A DNA stretch of 64,000 bases. It comes from Bacillota bacterium. Lineage in GTDB: Bacteria > Bacillota > Clostridia > Christensenellales > SZUA-584. Where the stretch lies: assembly GCA_023415795.1 (NCBI GenBank), contig JAEZJG010000021.1, forward strand, positions 28,876 through 92,875, given 5' to 3'. How positions within the stretch are numbered: position 1 is the first letter of the stretch; each line of letters begins with the position of its first letter. The notes under the pieces are model-generated. The model was given only the letters and a program-made list of their open reading frames with translations, did no database searches and was not told the origin of the DNA. Positions 26,594 through 35,628 of the stretch are shown in pieces. The position numbers and the translations under genes are program-made.

Positions 26594-27666
26594 AGCAAAT
26601 ACTGCTTGCCCACATACATCAATATCCGCTGATGCAGCCCACTGATATGGTGAAGCTGCTGTATCAGAGCGAGTTTGCGGGCGGGCACATGATAACCGAC
26701 CCCGAGCAGTGTCTCTCGCGCCTTGTGGACGAGAGCCGCGGCGCTGCGCCGCGCGCCGTTGCCCATGCCTTTGAGCCCATCGGCGGCGGGCTGTGCCGCC
26801 TGCATCTGGGTGCATTGACCGCGCTGGGCATTACGCCGCAGACGCTGAACCGGTTGTTTATTGCCACCGCGAATATTGTCACCGGGTCGGCAGAGCGCTT
26901 TGCCGCAATGCTGGACGCGTTCTTGGACTGGTGCCGCAGTGGCGAGCTGCCCTGTGATTTTGCGGCTGCGGAACGCTACGTGCGGTATTACCGCGCACAG
27001 GGCTGCCCGCCCGTGTCTCACAGCAACGCCTACCGCGCCGCCTACGCCCCCGCCTACCGGGTGGTGAAAGCAGCATACTGCCCCTACCTCGAGGTGTTCC
27101 GCCGCATCGACGCGCTGCTTAACAAAAAGTCTGCCGTAACCGTTGCGATAGAAGGCAACAGCGGTGCGGGCAAAAGCACGCTGGCTGCGCTGCTTGCGGA
27201 GGTATACGACTGCAACGTGTTCCACACTGACGACTACTTTTTGCCGCCGGTACGCAAAACCGCGCAAAGGCTTGCGGAGCCGGGTGGCAATGTGGACTAT
27301 GAACGCCTGCAAAGCGAGGTAGCCGAAGGTATTAGGAATGGCGGCTCCATCACATACCGCCGCTACGACTGTCAAACCGGCAAAATGGGCGAATCAATCA
27401 CAGCGCCGCCTGCACGTCTCAGTGTGGTTGAAGGCGTGTACAGCCTGCACCCGGCATTGGGTCTTGCATACGACCTGGCGGTTTTTTTGAAGGCAGAGGG
27501 CGCGGCTCAGCAGCAGCGCATCCGTTTGCGCAGCGGCGATGCCATGCTAAAACGCTTCATCAACGAATGGATACCGCTGGAGAATCGCTACTTCGAGGCT
27601 TATAAAATTGAACAAAAATGCGATTTCAAATTTCTGCTTGACGAAAATATGGAGGCGTGCATATAA
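26590..27666 (+). CDS. Two-domain protein: unrecognised N-terminal domain + uridine-kinase/PRK-like P-loop kinase
   Basis: The ATG at 26590 overlaps the upstream TGA (ATGA). Walker A is AIEGNSGAGKSTLA, then FHTDDYF and VVEGVY, a Udk/PRK-type layout. I do not recognise the N-terminal ~170 aa. Confidence 0.65.
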   Translation: MKQILLAHIHQYPLMQPTDMVKLLYQSEFAGGHMITDPEQCLSRLVDESRGAAPRAVAHAFEPIGGGLCRLHLGALTALGITPQTLNRLFIATANIVTGSAERFAAMLDAFLDWCRSGELPCDFAAAERYVRYYRAQGCPPVSHSNAYRAAYAPAYRVVKAAYCPYLEVFRRIDALLNKKSAVTVAIEGNSGAGKSTLAALLAEVYDCNVFHTDDYFLPPVRKTAQRLAEPGGNVDYERLQSEVAEGIRNGGSITYRRYDCQTGKMGESITAPPARLSVVEGVYSLHPALGLAYDLAVFLKAEGAAQQQRIRLRSGDAMLKRFINEWIPLENRYFEAYKIEQKCDFKFLLDENMEACI

Positions 27667-27667
27667 T
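27638..27667 (+). promoter_or_regulatory. Candidate aro-operon promoter (TTGACG-N18-TATAAT)
   Basis: TTGACG at 27638-27643 and a perfect TATAAT at 27662-27667, which overlaps the kinase stop codon. Confidence 0.55.
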
Positions 27668-27736
27668 AAACTTAACCAAAAGCACCCAAGCGGCGTCTAT
27701 CGTTGTAAGGGCATTGTGAAATCAAGGAGCGCGCTG

Positions 27737-27856
27737 ATGAACGGCTGTTTATCCGCAAAACTGTATTTTACGTTTAGAAACCCGGGCTATTATTATAGCT
27801 TCGGGTATTTCTCGTTAAATCAGAATAAGCGGACAACGGCAGAATGGGCGGCTTAA
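27737..27856 (+). CDS. Candidate Tyr/Phe-rich leader peptide (39 aa) of the aro operon
   Basis: AAGGAG (27724-27729) lies 7 nt before the ATG. Sequence is MNGCLSAKLYFTFRNPGYYYSFGYFSLNQNKRTTAEWAA. It sits between the promoter and the terminator, upstream of aroF. Confidence 0.5.
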   Translation: MNGCLSAKLYFTFRNPGYYYSFGYFSLNQNKRTTAEWAA

Positions 27857-27893
27857 TACATACGCACACGGCGTATCGATATATGCAGATAAT

Positions 27894-27920
27894 GGGAGCT
27901 CATCACCGGGCTCCCTTTTT
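27894..27920 (+). terminator. Intrinsic terminator (attenuator) 31 nt upstream of aroF
   Basis: GGGAGCTC-atcacc-GGGCTCCC, an 8-bp stem with one G-U pair, followed by TTTTT. Confidence 0.7.
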
Positions 27921-27951
27921 GATTTATTTTTAAACAGGAGGACACTAAACG

Positions 27952-28968
27952 ATGATTGTTATCTTAAAGCCTCACGCGGATGCCGCCAAGGTAGACAGCC
28001 TGATCAAATCGCTGGAAACGGACTTTGGTCTTGAGGTGCAGCGCATGGACGGCGTGAACTACTCGATACTGGGGCTCATCGGCGATACCACATCGCTGGA
28101 CATGGAACCAATACAGGATCACGACACGGTGCGCAAGGTGATGCGCGTGCAGGAGCCGTACAAAAAGGTGAACCGCGCATTTCATCCGGACCCCACCACC
28201 GTTGTGGGGAACGGCTTTACCATTGGCGGACAGCAGCTGGCGGTGATGGCAGGCCCTTGCTCCGTAGAAGACGAGGAGCAGATCGTCTCCGTCGCTAAGG
28301 CAGTGAAGGCGGCAGGCGCCAACTTCCTGCGCGGCGGTGCGTTCAAGCCGCGTACCAGCCCGTACCGCTTTCAGGGTCTCGGCAAGGAGGGGCTGGAATA
28401 TCTGCTGACGGCAAAGCGGGAAACCGGGCTGCCCATCGTTTCCGAAATCATCAGCACACAGGACATTGATCTGTTCGTGGACATGGTGGACGTGATACAG
28501 GTGGGTGCGCGCAACATGCAAAACTTTGTGCTTTTGAAGGAGCTGGGCAAAACGCAGAAGCCTGTGCTGCTAAAACGCGGCCTGTCCGCCACCATTGAGG
28601 AATGGCTGATGAGCGCTGAGTACATCGCGGCGGGCGGCAACCCCAACGTAATACTGTGCGAGCGTGGGATCCGCACGTTCGAAACGCAGACACGCAACAC
28701 GCTGGACATCTCTGCTGTCCCCGTTATTAAGCGGCAGAGCCATCTGCCCGTGATCGTAGACCCCAGCCACGCCACCGGGTTGTGGTGGGCAGTGGAGCCG
28801 CTGGCCGTTGCATCTGTGTGCGCCGGGGCGGACGGCGTGATGATCGAGGTGCATGAGAACCCCGCGGCGGCGCTGTCAGACGGTAAACAGTCTTTGCTGC
28901 CCGAAACGTTCTGCGGCGTTATGGAGAAGCTCAAAGGCGCGGCGGCGCTGATGGGCCGGACGGTGTAG
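27952..28968 (+). CDS. aroF: 3-deoxy-7-phosphoheptulonate (DAHP) synthase, type I-beta with N-terminal regulatory domain
   Basis: 338 aa. The N-terminal ferredoxin-like domain (MIVILKPHAD...) precedes a KDO8PS-like barrel (GPCSVE, KPRTSPY.FQG, CERGIRTFE, DPSH). Confidence 0.9.
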   Translation: MIVILKPHADAAKVDSLIKSLETDFGLEVQRMDGVNYSILGLIGDTTSLDMEPIQDHDTVRKVMRVQEPYKKVNRAFHPDPTTVVGNGFTIGGQQLAVMAGPCSVEDEEQIVSVAKAVKAAGANFLRGGAFKPRTSPYRFQGLGKEGLEYLLTAKRETGLPIVSEIISTQDIDLFVDMVDVIQVGARNMQNFVLLKELGKTQKPVLLKRGLSATIEEWLMSAEYIAAGGNPNVILCERGIRTFETQTRNTLDISAVPVIKRQSHLPVIVDPSHATGLWWAVEPLAVASVCAGADGVMIEVHENPAAALSDGKQSLLPETFCGVMEKLKGAAALMGRTV

Positions 28969-28970
28969 CC

Positions 28971-29801
28971 ATGGAGGCTCACTTTAGAAGCGCCCGCGTG
29001 CTGGTCGCGGGGCTGGGGCTTATCGGCGGTTCCGTTGCAAAAGCACTCCGGCTGGCGGGCATCGAACGAATTGACGGTCTGGATACCGACGCCGCCACGT
29101 TGGCTGCTGCTCAGGCACAGGGTGTCATCAGCGGCGGTTTCCAGAATAGCTTTAGCTACGATCTCGTGATATGCAGCCTAGCGCCCAGCATGGTGCCCGC
29201 ACTGTATGAGCAGGTGCGCGGCAGTCTCAAGGCGGGCGGCGTGTTTTCGGAGCTGTCCGGGCTGAAGACGGACATCGCACGCGTGCTGGTTTCGGCGCTG
29301 GCGCATGGTCACGAGCTGCTGTGCCTGCACCCGATGGCAGGCAGCGAGAAGTCCGGCTATGCTTACTCGGACGCGGAACTGTTTTACGGCGCAACGCTGA
29401 TACTCACGCCGACGGTGCGCACCGGGCAAGCCGCGTTTGCATGGGCAGAAATTCTGCGAGACGCGCTGGGCTGCGACGATATGCCCACGCTTGATGCGGA
29501 TGCGCATGATCGTATCGTGGCGGATATGAGCCATCTGCCCCACATCGCCGCTCTCGCGGTGCGCGCGGTGGGCAAAGATACGGAAGCATTTGCGGGCGGC
29601 AGCTATCGTTCGGTCACGCGGGTTGCAGACATCAATGCGCCGCTCTGGGCAGGACTATTGACGGACAACGCAGAATATTTGCTGGAGAGCATCGGCAAGC
29701 TCCGCGCCCGGCTGGACGCGCTGGAGGCGGCGGTGCAGGCCCGCGATGCGGCAGCGCTGGAGCAGCTGCTGCGCGATATTTCCCTCAGGGAGGACACATG
29801 A
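28971..29801 (+). CDS. tyrA: Prephenate dehydrogenase
   Basis: 276 aa. VAGLGLIGGS Rossmann motif and HPMAG. Confidence 0.85.
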   Translation: MEAHFRSARVLVAGLGLIGGSVAKALRLAGIERIDGLDTDAATLAAAQAQGVISGGFQNSFSYDLVICSLAPSMVPALYEQVRGSLKAGGVFSELSGLKTDIARVLVSALAHGHELLCLHPMAGSEKSGYAYSDAELFYGATLILTPTVRTGQAAFAWAEILRDALGCDDMPTLDADAHDRIVADMSHLPHIAALAVRAVGKDTEAFAGGSYRSVTRVADINAPLWAGLLTDNAEYLLESIGKLRARLDALEAAVQARDAAALEQLLRDISLREDT

Positions 29802-30868
29802 AAGAGATCATCGTCAACACACCCTCTTCTCCATACACAATCACCGTGGGCAGCGGTGTGCTGGAAAGCGTACCGCGAAGGCTGGGGCGTATGTTTCCCA
29901 AAAGCCGCTTTGTCATCGTCACCGACGATAAAGTGAACGCTCTGTACGGTGCGGCGCTGACTGCCGCGTTTACAAAGCAAAAACTAGATTGCAAGGTTTT
30001 TTCAGTGCCGCCGGGTGAAGCGTCCAAAAGCGTTTCCACCTTCGGTCAGCTGCTCAGCCAGCTGGCGCAGCATAAGTACAACCGCGCCGATGTGATTGTG
30101 GCGCTGGGCGGCGGCATCGTCGGAGACCTTGCCGGTTTCGTGGCCGCCAGCTATCTGCGCGGCGTGAAATACGTGCAGATACCCACAACGCTGCTGGCGC
30201 AGATCGACAGCTCAGTGGGCGGCAAAACGGGAGTGAACCTGCCGGAGGGCAAGAACCTCGCGGGCGCGTTCTACCAACCTGCGGCGGTGTTCATCGATCC
30301 TGACTTTCTGAGCACACTGCCTGACGCGGACTTTGCCGACGGCATGGCAGAGCTGATCAAATATGCATTGATACGCGACACCAACATGTTCCTGCTGCTG
30401 GAAAATGGCCCTGTGATCACGGCGCAGTCCCGACAGCTGGAGGAGCTGGTTGTGCAGTGCGTGTCCATCAAGCGCGATGTGGTAGTGGCAGACGAAAGGG
30501 ATACAGGCGAGCGTATGCTGCTCAACTTCGGCCACACCATCGGTCACGCCATTGAGCGCATCTGTGCGCAAGGCAGTCTTCCGATGACGCACGGCAAAGC
30601 CGTCGCAATGGGCATGGCCGCCATCACAGCCGTGGGTGTTCGCAAGGGGCTGACCAAGCTAGGCACCACCTCCCGCGTGGAAGCCGTGCTGCAAAAGGCG
30701 GGTCTGCCGCACAGCATCGAAGGGTTTAGCCGCGACGACATACTGGACGCGATTTTGGTAGACAAGAAAAACATGGCGGGTTCGCTGCACCTGGTGATGA
30801 TCAGTGAGCCGGGGCAGTCGTTTCTGCACAGCATACCGCGCGGCAGCATGCCCGACTACATTATATAA
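29798..30868 (+). CDS. aroB: 3-dehydroquinate synthase
   Basis: 356 aa. GGGIVGDLAGFVAA, VQIPTTLLAQIDSSVGGKT, LNFGHTIGHAIE. Confidence 0.9.
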   Translation: MKEIIVNTPSSPYTITVGSGVLESVPRRLGRMFPKSRFVIVTDDKVNALYGAALTAAFTKQKLDCKVFSVPPGEASKSVSTFGQLLSQLAQHKYNRADVIVALGGGIVGDLAGFVAASYLRGVKYVQIPTTLLAQIDSSVGGKTGVNLPEGKNLAGAFYQPAAVFIDPDFLSTLPDADFADGMAELIKYALIRDTNMFLLLENGPVITAQSRQLEELVVQCVSIKRDVVVADERDTGERMLLNFGHTIGHAIERICAQGSLPMTHGKAVAMGMAAITAVGVRKGLTKLGTTSRVEAVLQKAGLPHSIEGFSRDDILDAILVDKKNMAGSLHLVMISEPGQSFLHSIPRGSMPDYII

Positions 30869-30879
30869 GGAAGTATCTC

Positions 30880-32133
30880 ATGGATCTGACTATACAACCC
30901 GGACATCTGCATGGCACCGTCGCGGTGCCACCCTCCAAGAGCGCGGCTCACCGGGCGATCATTTCGGCGGCGCTGGCAAACGGAAGCAGCGCTATCTCAA
31001 ACGTGGATTTGTCCAGCGACATCCGCGCCACCATCGGCGCGTGCCGTGCGTTGGGCATCGATATGCGCATGGACGGCGACACGCTGACCGTGGACGGCGG
31101 ACAACTGCGCTTAACGAGTGAGGCCATCGACTGTGCTGAGTCTGGCTCCACGCTGCGGTTCTTCATCCCCGTCGCGTGTACTCTGGGCGGAGACAAAACG
31201 TTTATCGGTCACGGAAGGCTGCCGATGCGACCTGTTGATTCGTATCTTCAGATATTTGATACGCAAGGCACCCCCTACGCCCGCCCTCCGGGCTACAACC
31301 TCCCGCTCACCGTTTCCGGCGCGTTGCGCTCCGGCGATTTTCGTGTGGACGGGCGCGTCAGCTCTCAGTTCGTCACCGGCTTGCTGTTTGCGCTGCCATT
31401 GTTGGCGGGCGATTCGCGCATCGCCGTGATCGGGGGCTTCGAGTCGCGCGGGTATGTGGATCTCACCGTGGACATACTGCGCCGCTTCGGTGTTGACATT
31501 GCCGTCGACGGAGATAATTTTGCCATCAAGGGCAGTCAGCGGTATATGCCGCAGAACCTCCGCGTGGAGGGCGATTATTCACAGGCGGCATTCTTCCTTG
31601 TGGGCGGCGCAATATCGGACGGCATCCGCGTGGACGATCTCGACGCACACTCGCTCCAGCCCGATCGCGCCATTGTGGACATACTAAGGCAGATGGGCGC
31701 AGACATCACAGCAAAGGACGGCGCTCTTGTCTCGCACCCCGCCAAGCTGCGCAGTGCGCTGATCGACGTTTCGCAGTGCCCCGACCTCGTGCCGCCGCTG
31801 GCCATCGCCGCCGCTTATGCGGAGGGTAAGACGCATATCACAGGCGCGGCGCGGCTGCGCATCAAGGAGTCAGACCGCCTTCATGCGCTGGCGCAAAATC
31901 TTGCCGCGCTGGGCATCCGCGCGGAAGAACTGCCGGACGGTCTCATCATACACGGCGGACAGCCAACGGGCGGCGAGATCGACAGCTTTGGCGACCACCG
32001 CATTGCGATGGCGTTCTCCATCGCGGCTGCGGGCGCATCCGGCGCTGTCGCTATACGCGGTGCGGAATGCGTGGATAAATCATACCCCAAGTTCTACGAA
32101 GATTACAAAGCATTGGGAGGAAATATACAATGA
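30880..32133 (+). CDS. aroA: 3-phosphoshikimate 1-carboxyvinyltransferase (EPSP synthase)
   Basis: 417 aa. PPSKSAAHRA, SGSTLRF, SSQFVTGLLFALP, KESDRL, DHRIAMAF. Confidence 0.9.
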   Translation: MDLTIQPGHLHGTVAVPPSKSAAHRAIISAALANGSSAISNVDLSSDIRATIGACRALGIDMRMDGDTLTVDGGQLRLTSEAIDCAESGSTLRFFIPVACTLGGDKTFIGHGRLPMRPVDSYLQIFDTQGTPYARPPGYNLPLTVSGALRSGDFRVDGRVSSQFVTGLLFALPLLAGDSRIAVIGGFESRGYVDLTVDILRRFGVDIAVDGDNFAIKGSQRYMPQNLRVEGDYSQAAFFLVGGAISDGIRVDDLDAHSLQPDRAIVDILRQMGADITAKDGALVSHPAKLRSALIDVSQCPDLVPPLAIAAAYAEGKTHITGAARLRIKESDRLHALAQNLAALGIRAEELPDGLIIHGGQPTGGEIDSFGDHRIAMAFSIAAAGASGAVAIRGAECVDKSYPKFYEDYKALGGNIQ

Positions 32134-33209
32134 GCAGCGTCTGGGGCAGACACTTCATCATCGACATATTCGGCGAATCACACGGACCCAAGATCGGCGC
32201 GGTACTGCATGGCGTACCGTCCGGCACCGTACTGGATTTCCCCAAGCTCCGCGCTTTTCTGGATCGGCGCAAGCCGGGCGGTGAGGCGTGGTCCACCAAG
32301 CGGCAGGAGGCGGACGACTTTGAGATCGTCAGCGGCTATTACTACGGGCACGCCACAGGCACGCCGCTCTGCGTGCTGTTCCACAACACCAACATGCATT
32401 CAGGCGACTACGACAACCGACCTAACCGCCCCGGTCATGCGGACTACACCGGGCACGTGCGTTACGGCGGCTTCAACGACCCGCGCGGCGGCGGCCACTT
32501 CTCCGGGCGTCTCACCGCACCGCTGGTATTCGCGGGCGCGGTTGCCGCACAGGTGCTGGAACAAAAGGGCATATATGCCGCTACCCACGTGCGCCGCATC
32601 GCAGACGTGGAGGATGCGGCGTTCGACAAGACCACTATCCCCCGCGCGCTGGCGGAGTCGCTTGCCGCCATGCGTCTGCCGCTGCTGGACGACACCAAAG
32701 CGCCACAGATGGAGCAACGCATTAAAGAAGCTGCATCCGAGGGTGATTCTGTGGGCGGCATCGTGGAGTGCGCAGTATGCGGTCTGCCCGCCGGTCTCGG
32801 CAGCCCCATGTTCGGTGCGGCAGAGAGCGTCATCTCCTCGCTGCTGATGGCGGTTCCCGCTATCAAGGGTGTCTCTTTCGGCGAGGGCTTCGGCTTTGCG
32901 GACATGCGCGGCAGCGCAGCCAACGACCCCTATGCGATCAGCAACGGCAACATCACCGCTGTCACCAACCACAACGGCGGCGTGCTGGGCGGCATCACCA
33001 ACGGCAGTCCGCTCGTGTTTGAAGCGGTCGTCAAGCCCACAGCGTCCATCTTCCAGCCGCAGCAGACAGTGAACCTGCAAACGATGGCGGAAGAAACGCT
33101 GTCTCTCAAGGGGCGGCACGACGCCTGTATCGTTCCGCGGGCGGCAGTGGCCATCGAAGCGGCGGCTTATGTCGCCGTGCTGGATCTGATGATGGAAAGG
33201 GGTTGGTGA
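32130..33209 (+). CDS. aroC: Chorismate synthase
   Basis: 359 aa. FGESHG, RPGHADY, GGGHFSGR, GRHDACIVPRA. Confidence 0.9.
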   Translation: MSSVWGRHFIIDIFGESHGPKIGAVLHGVPSGTVLDFPKLRAFLDRRKPGGEAWSTKRQEADDFEIVSGYYYGHATGTPLCVLFHNTNMHSGDYDNRPNRPGHADYTGHVRYGGFNDPRGGGHFSGRLTAPLVFAGAVAAQVLEQKGIYAATHVRRIADVEDAAFDKTTIPRALAESLAAMRLPLLDDTKAPQMEQRIKEAASEGDSVGGIVECAVCGLPAGLGSPMFGAAESVISSLLMAVPAIKGVSFGEGFGFADMRGSAANDPYAISNGNITAVTNHNGGVLGGITNGSPLVFEAVVKPTASIFQPQQTVNLQTMAEETLSLKGRHDACIVPRAAVAIEAAAYVAVLDLMMERGW

Positions 33210-34330
33210 CAGTGGGGTACGAAGAGGAAATCAGCGTCCTTCGGGATCGCATCAACGAAATAGACGCGCAGCTTGTGCCGCTGTTCGAGGCGCGTATGCG
33301 GGCGGCTGACGATGTCGCCGAGGTCAAGCAGCGCTATAACAGACCGGTATACGACGCCTCACGTGAGGATGTGGTTATCCAGCGTGCGCTGGAGAAGCTG
33401 GGCGACGGCGCTTATGCCGACCTGCTGCGCCGCTTTTACCAGTCGCTGATGGGCATCAGTCGGCAGCGCCAGCGCACACAGATCAGCTATCCCGCGTCAG
33501 CACACCTCGCAGACGGCGCGGTGGGCTATCTTGGACTGCCCGGCTCATTCTCCTACATCGCCGCGCAGCAAGCTTTTCCGAACGCGGAGCTGAAAAGCCT
33601 GCCGTCGTTCCAAGCCATATTCGAGTCGTTGAAAACCGGCAGCATCACACTGGCCATGCTGCCGGTGGAAAACACAGAGACAGGCAGTATCACCTCCGTG
33701 ATCGATCTGCTGGCACGCTACGGATACTTCATCGTGGCGGAGCGGCTGATTAAGGTAACTCAGAGCCTGCTCGCACCCGTCGGCGCAACGCTGGACAGCA
33801 TCACCAGGCTGTATTCACACCCGGAGCCCATCGCTCAGTGCAGCGTGTTCCTCGATAACCACCCGCAGATGGCGGCGTTCCCGTCCCTCAGCACCGCACA
33901 GGCGGCGCACGACGTGGCGCAGATGAACGACGTCACGGTGGGCTGCATCGCGTCGCCCGAGGCGGCGGCGATATATGGACTTGTCGAGCTGGCATCCGGC
34001 ATACAGAACAGCGACGGCAACAGCACGCGCTTTGCCGTGGTATCGGCACAGCCGCATGTAAACGCCTCGTGCGATAAAACGAGCATCGTGTTCATGGTGG
34101 ATCACAGCCCCGGCTCGCTGCACGAGGTCATCCAGCTGTTCTCGGAGGGCGGCGTCAACATCATGAAGCTGGAATCGCGCCCGCTCAAGGACAGACCGTT
34201 TGAGTATCTGTTCCATCTGGATTTCGAGGGCAGCGTGGGCGATCCGCACGTTGCGGCCGTGCTGGACAGCGTGCGCGAAAAATCAGCCGAGCTGACATGG
34301 CTGGGCTCGTATCCGCGCATGGCGCAATAA
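33203..34330 (+). CDS. pheA: Bifunctional chorismate mutase / prephenate dehydratase
   Basis: 375 aa. N-terminal CM type 2 (LRDRINEIDAQLVPLFEARM), a PDT domain (GLPGSFSY ... VENTETGSI) and a C-terminal ACT domain (ESRP). TTG start. Confidence 0.85.
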   Translation: MVTVGYEEEISVLRDRINEIDAQLVPLFEARMRAADDVAEVKQRYNRPVYDASREDVVIQRALEKLGDGAYADLLRRFYQSLMGISRQRQRTQISYPASAHLADGAVGYLGLPGSFSYIAAQQAFPNAELKSLPSFQAIFESLKTGSITLAMLPVENTETGSITSVIDLLARYGYFIVAERLIKVTQSLLAPVGATLDSITRLYSHPEPIAQCSVFLDNHPQMAAFPSLSTAQAAHDVAQMNDVTVGCIASPEAAAIYGLVELASGIQNSDGNSTRFAVVSAQPHVNASCDKTSIVFMVDHSPGSLHEVIQLFSEGGVNIMKLESRPLKDRPFEYLFHLDFEGSVGDPHVAAVLDSVREKSAELTWLGSYPRMAQ

Positions 34331-34338
34331 GGAGAAGA

Positions 34339-35628
34339 ATGATCAAGGCTGGTCTCATCGGCGAAAAGCTGAGCCACAGCATATCGCCGCAAATACATCA
34401 TAAATATGGACGCCTGACAAATACAGAAATCGTCTACCGGCTGCACGAAACGCCGCCGGACGGTCTGCCCGCGCTGCTGGATGCGCTGGAAGCCCAAGGC
34501 TATGCAGGCGTGAACGTGACGATCCCCTATAAGAAGGCTGTGATGCCGCACCTCTCCGCGCTCTCTCCGCAGGCGCAGGCCATCGGCGCAGTCAACACGA
34601 TCTGCTTTGAAAAGGGGCGGCGTATCGGACACAACACCGACTATTTTGGCCTGAAATCGCTGCTGGAGCGCAACGGCATCACGCTGCAGGGCCAACGCGT
34701 GGCTGTGCTGGGCAGCGGCGGCGCAGCACGGTGCGCGTACTTTCTAGCTCAAGATGAAGGCGCGTCGGAGGTACTCACCGTCAGCCGCCACCCCGAAAGC
34801 ACGGATACCGACCTGAACACAATCTGCTACGACACCCTGGCGCAAATGAGTAGTATTAGAGTGCTCATCAACGCCACACCTGTCGGCATGCACCCCCACA
34901 CTGCCGCCTGTCCCATATCCGATGCCATCATTGATAAGTGCGTCGCGGTGGTGGACACGATCTATAATCCACCCGAAACGGCGCTGCTGGCAAAGGCACG
35001 CGAGCGCGGCATCCCCCATGCCAACGGCTTTTGGATGCTGGTCGCTCAAGCCTTGGCGGCACAGCAAGTTTGGACAAATCGAGCGTTCACGATGGACGAA
35101 TGTGCCGCCGTGCACAATTTTGTCCGCCGATCCAACATCGTGCTGATCGGCATGCCGGGCAGCGGCAAATCCACCGTCGGGCGACTGCTGGCACAAAGGC
35201 TTGGTATGGGCTTCCTCGATACGGACGCAATGATCGAAACAGTACACGGCCCTATCCCCGATATTTTTTCGTCCGCGGGCGAAACCGTATTCCGGCAGTA
35301 CGAACTGACCACAGCACACGAGGCCGCCAACACCATGAACACCGTGATATCCACCGGCGGCGGCATGGTGCAGACGGAAGCCGCCATGAGGGCATTGCAT
35401 GCTTCGGGCATAGCCGTCTACGTGGACAGACCGCTGGAGATATTACTGCGCGAAACGGAAACAGAAGGCCGCCCGCTGCTGGCATCCGGGCGCGGCGCAT
35501 TGGTTGCGCTGTACGAGAAGCGCCATCCCCTGTATAATGGATCCGCAGACATAGTGGCAGAAAACACGGCGGACGCACAAAGCTGCGTCGATACGATAGT
35601 AGAAAAGCTGGAGGAATACCGCAAATGA
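34339..35628 (+). CDS. Fused shikimate dehydrogenase / shikimate kinase
   Basis: The N-terminal part is AroE-like (GLIGEKLSHSISPQIH, NVTIPYK, GAVNT, NTDY.G, GSGGAAR). The C-terminal ~165 aa are AroK-like (IGMPGSGKSTVGRLLA, DTD, GGG). The ATG at 34339 follows GGAGAAG. Confidence 0.85.
   Translation: MIKAGLIGEKLSHSISPQIHHKYGRLTNTEIVYRLHETPPDGLPALLDALEAQGYAGVNVTIPYKKAVMPHLSALSPQAQAIGAVNTICFEKGRRIGHNTDYFGLKSLLERNGITLQGQRVAVLGSGGAARCAYFLAQDEGASEVLTVSRHPESTDTDLNTICYDTLAQMSSIRVLINATPVGMHPHTAACPISDAIIDKCVAVVDTIYNPPETALLAKARERGIPHANGFWMLVAQALAAQQVWTNRAFTMDECAAVHNFVRRSNIVLIGMPGSGKSTVGRLLAQRLGMGFLDTDAMIETVHGPIPDIFSSAGETVFRQYELTTAHEAANTMNTVISTGGGMVQTEAAMRALHASGIAVYVDRPLEILLRETETEGRPLLASGRGALVALYEKRHPLYNGSADIVAENTADAQSCVDTIVEKLEEYRK

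Noticed and set aside
27667-27951. A possible T-box riboswitch upstream of the aro operon.
   Set aside because: I found no T-box core (GGGTGGTACCGCG-like) upstream of the terminator and no recognisable stem I/specifier architecture. The leader-ORF interpretation fits the sequence better.
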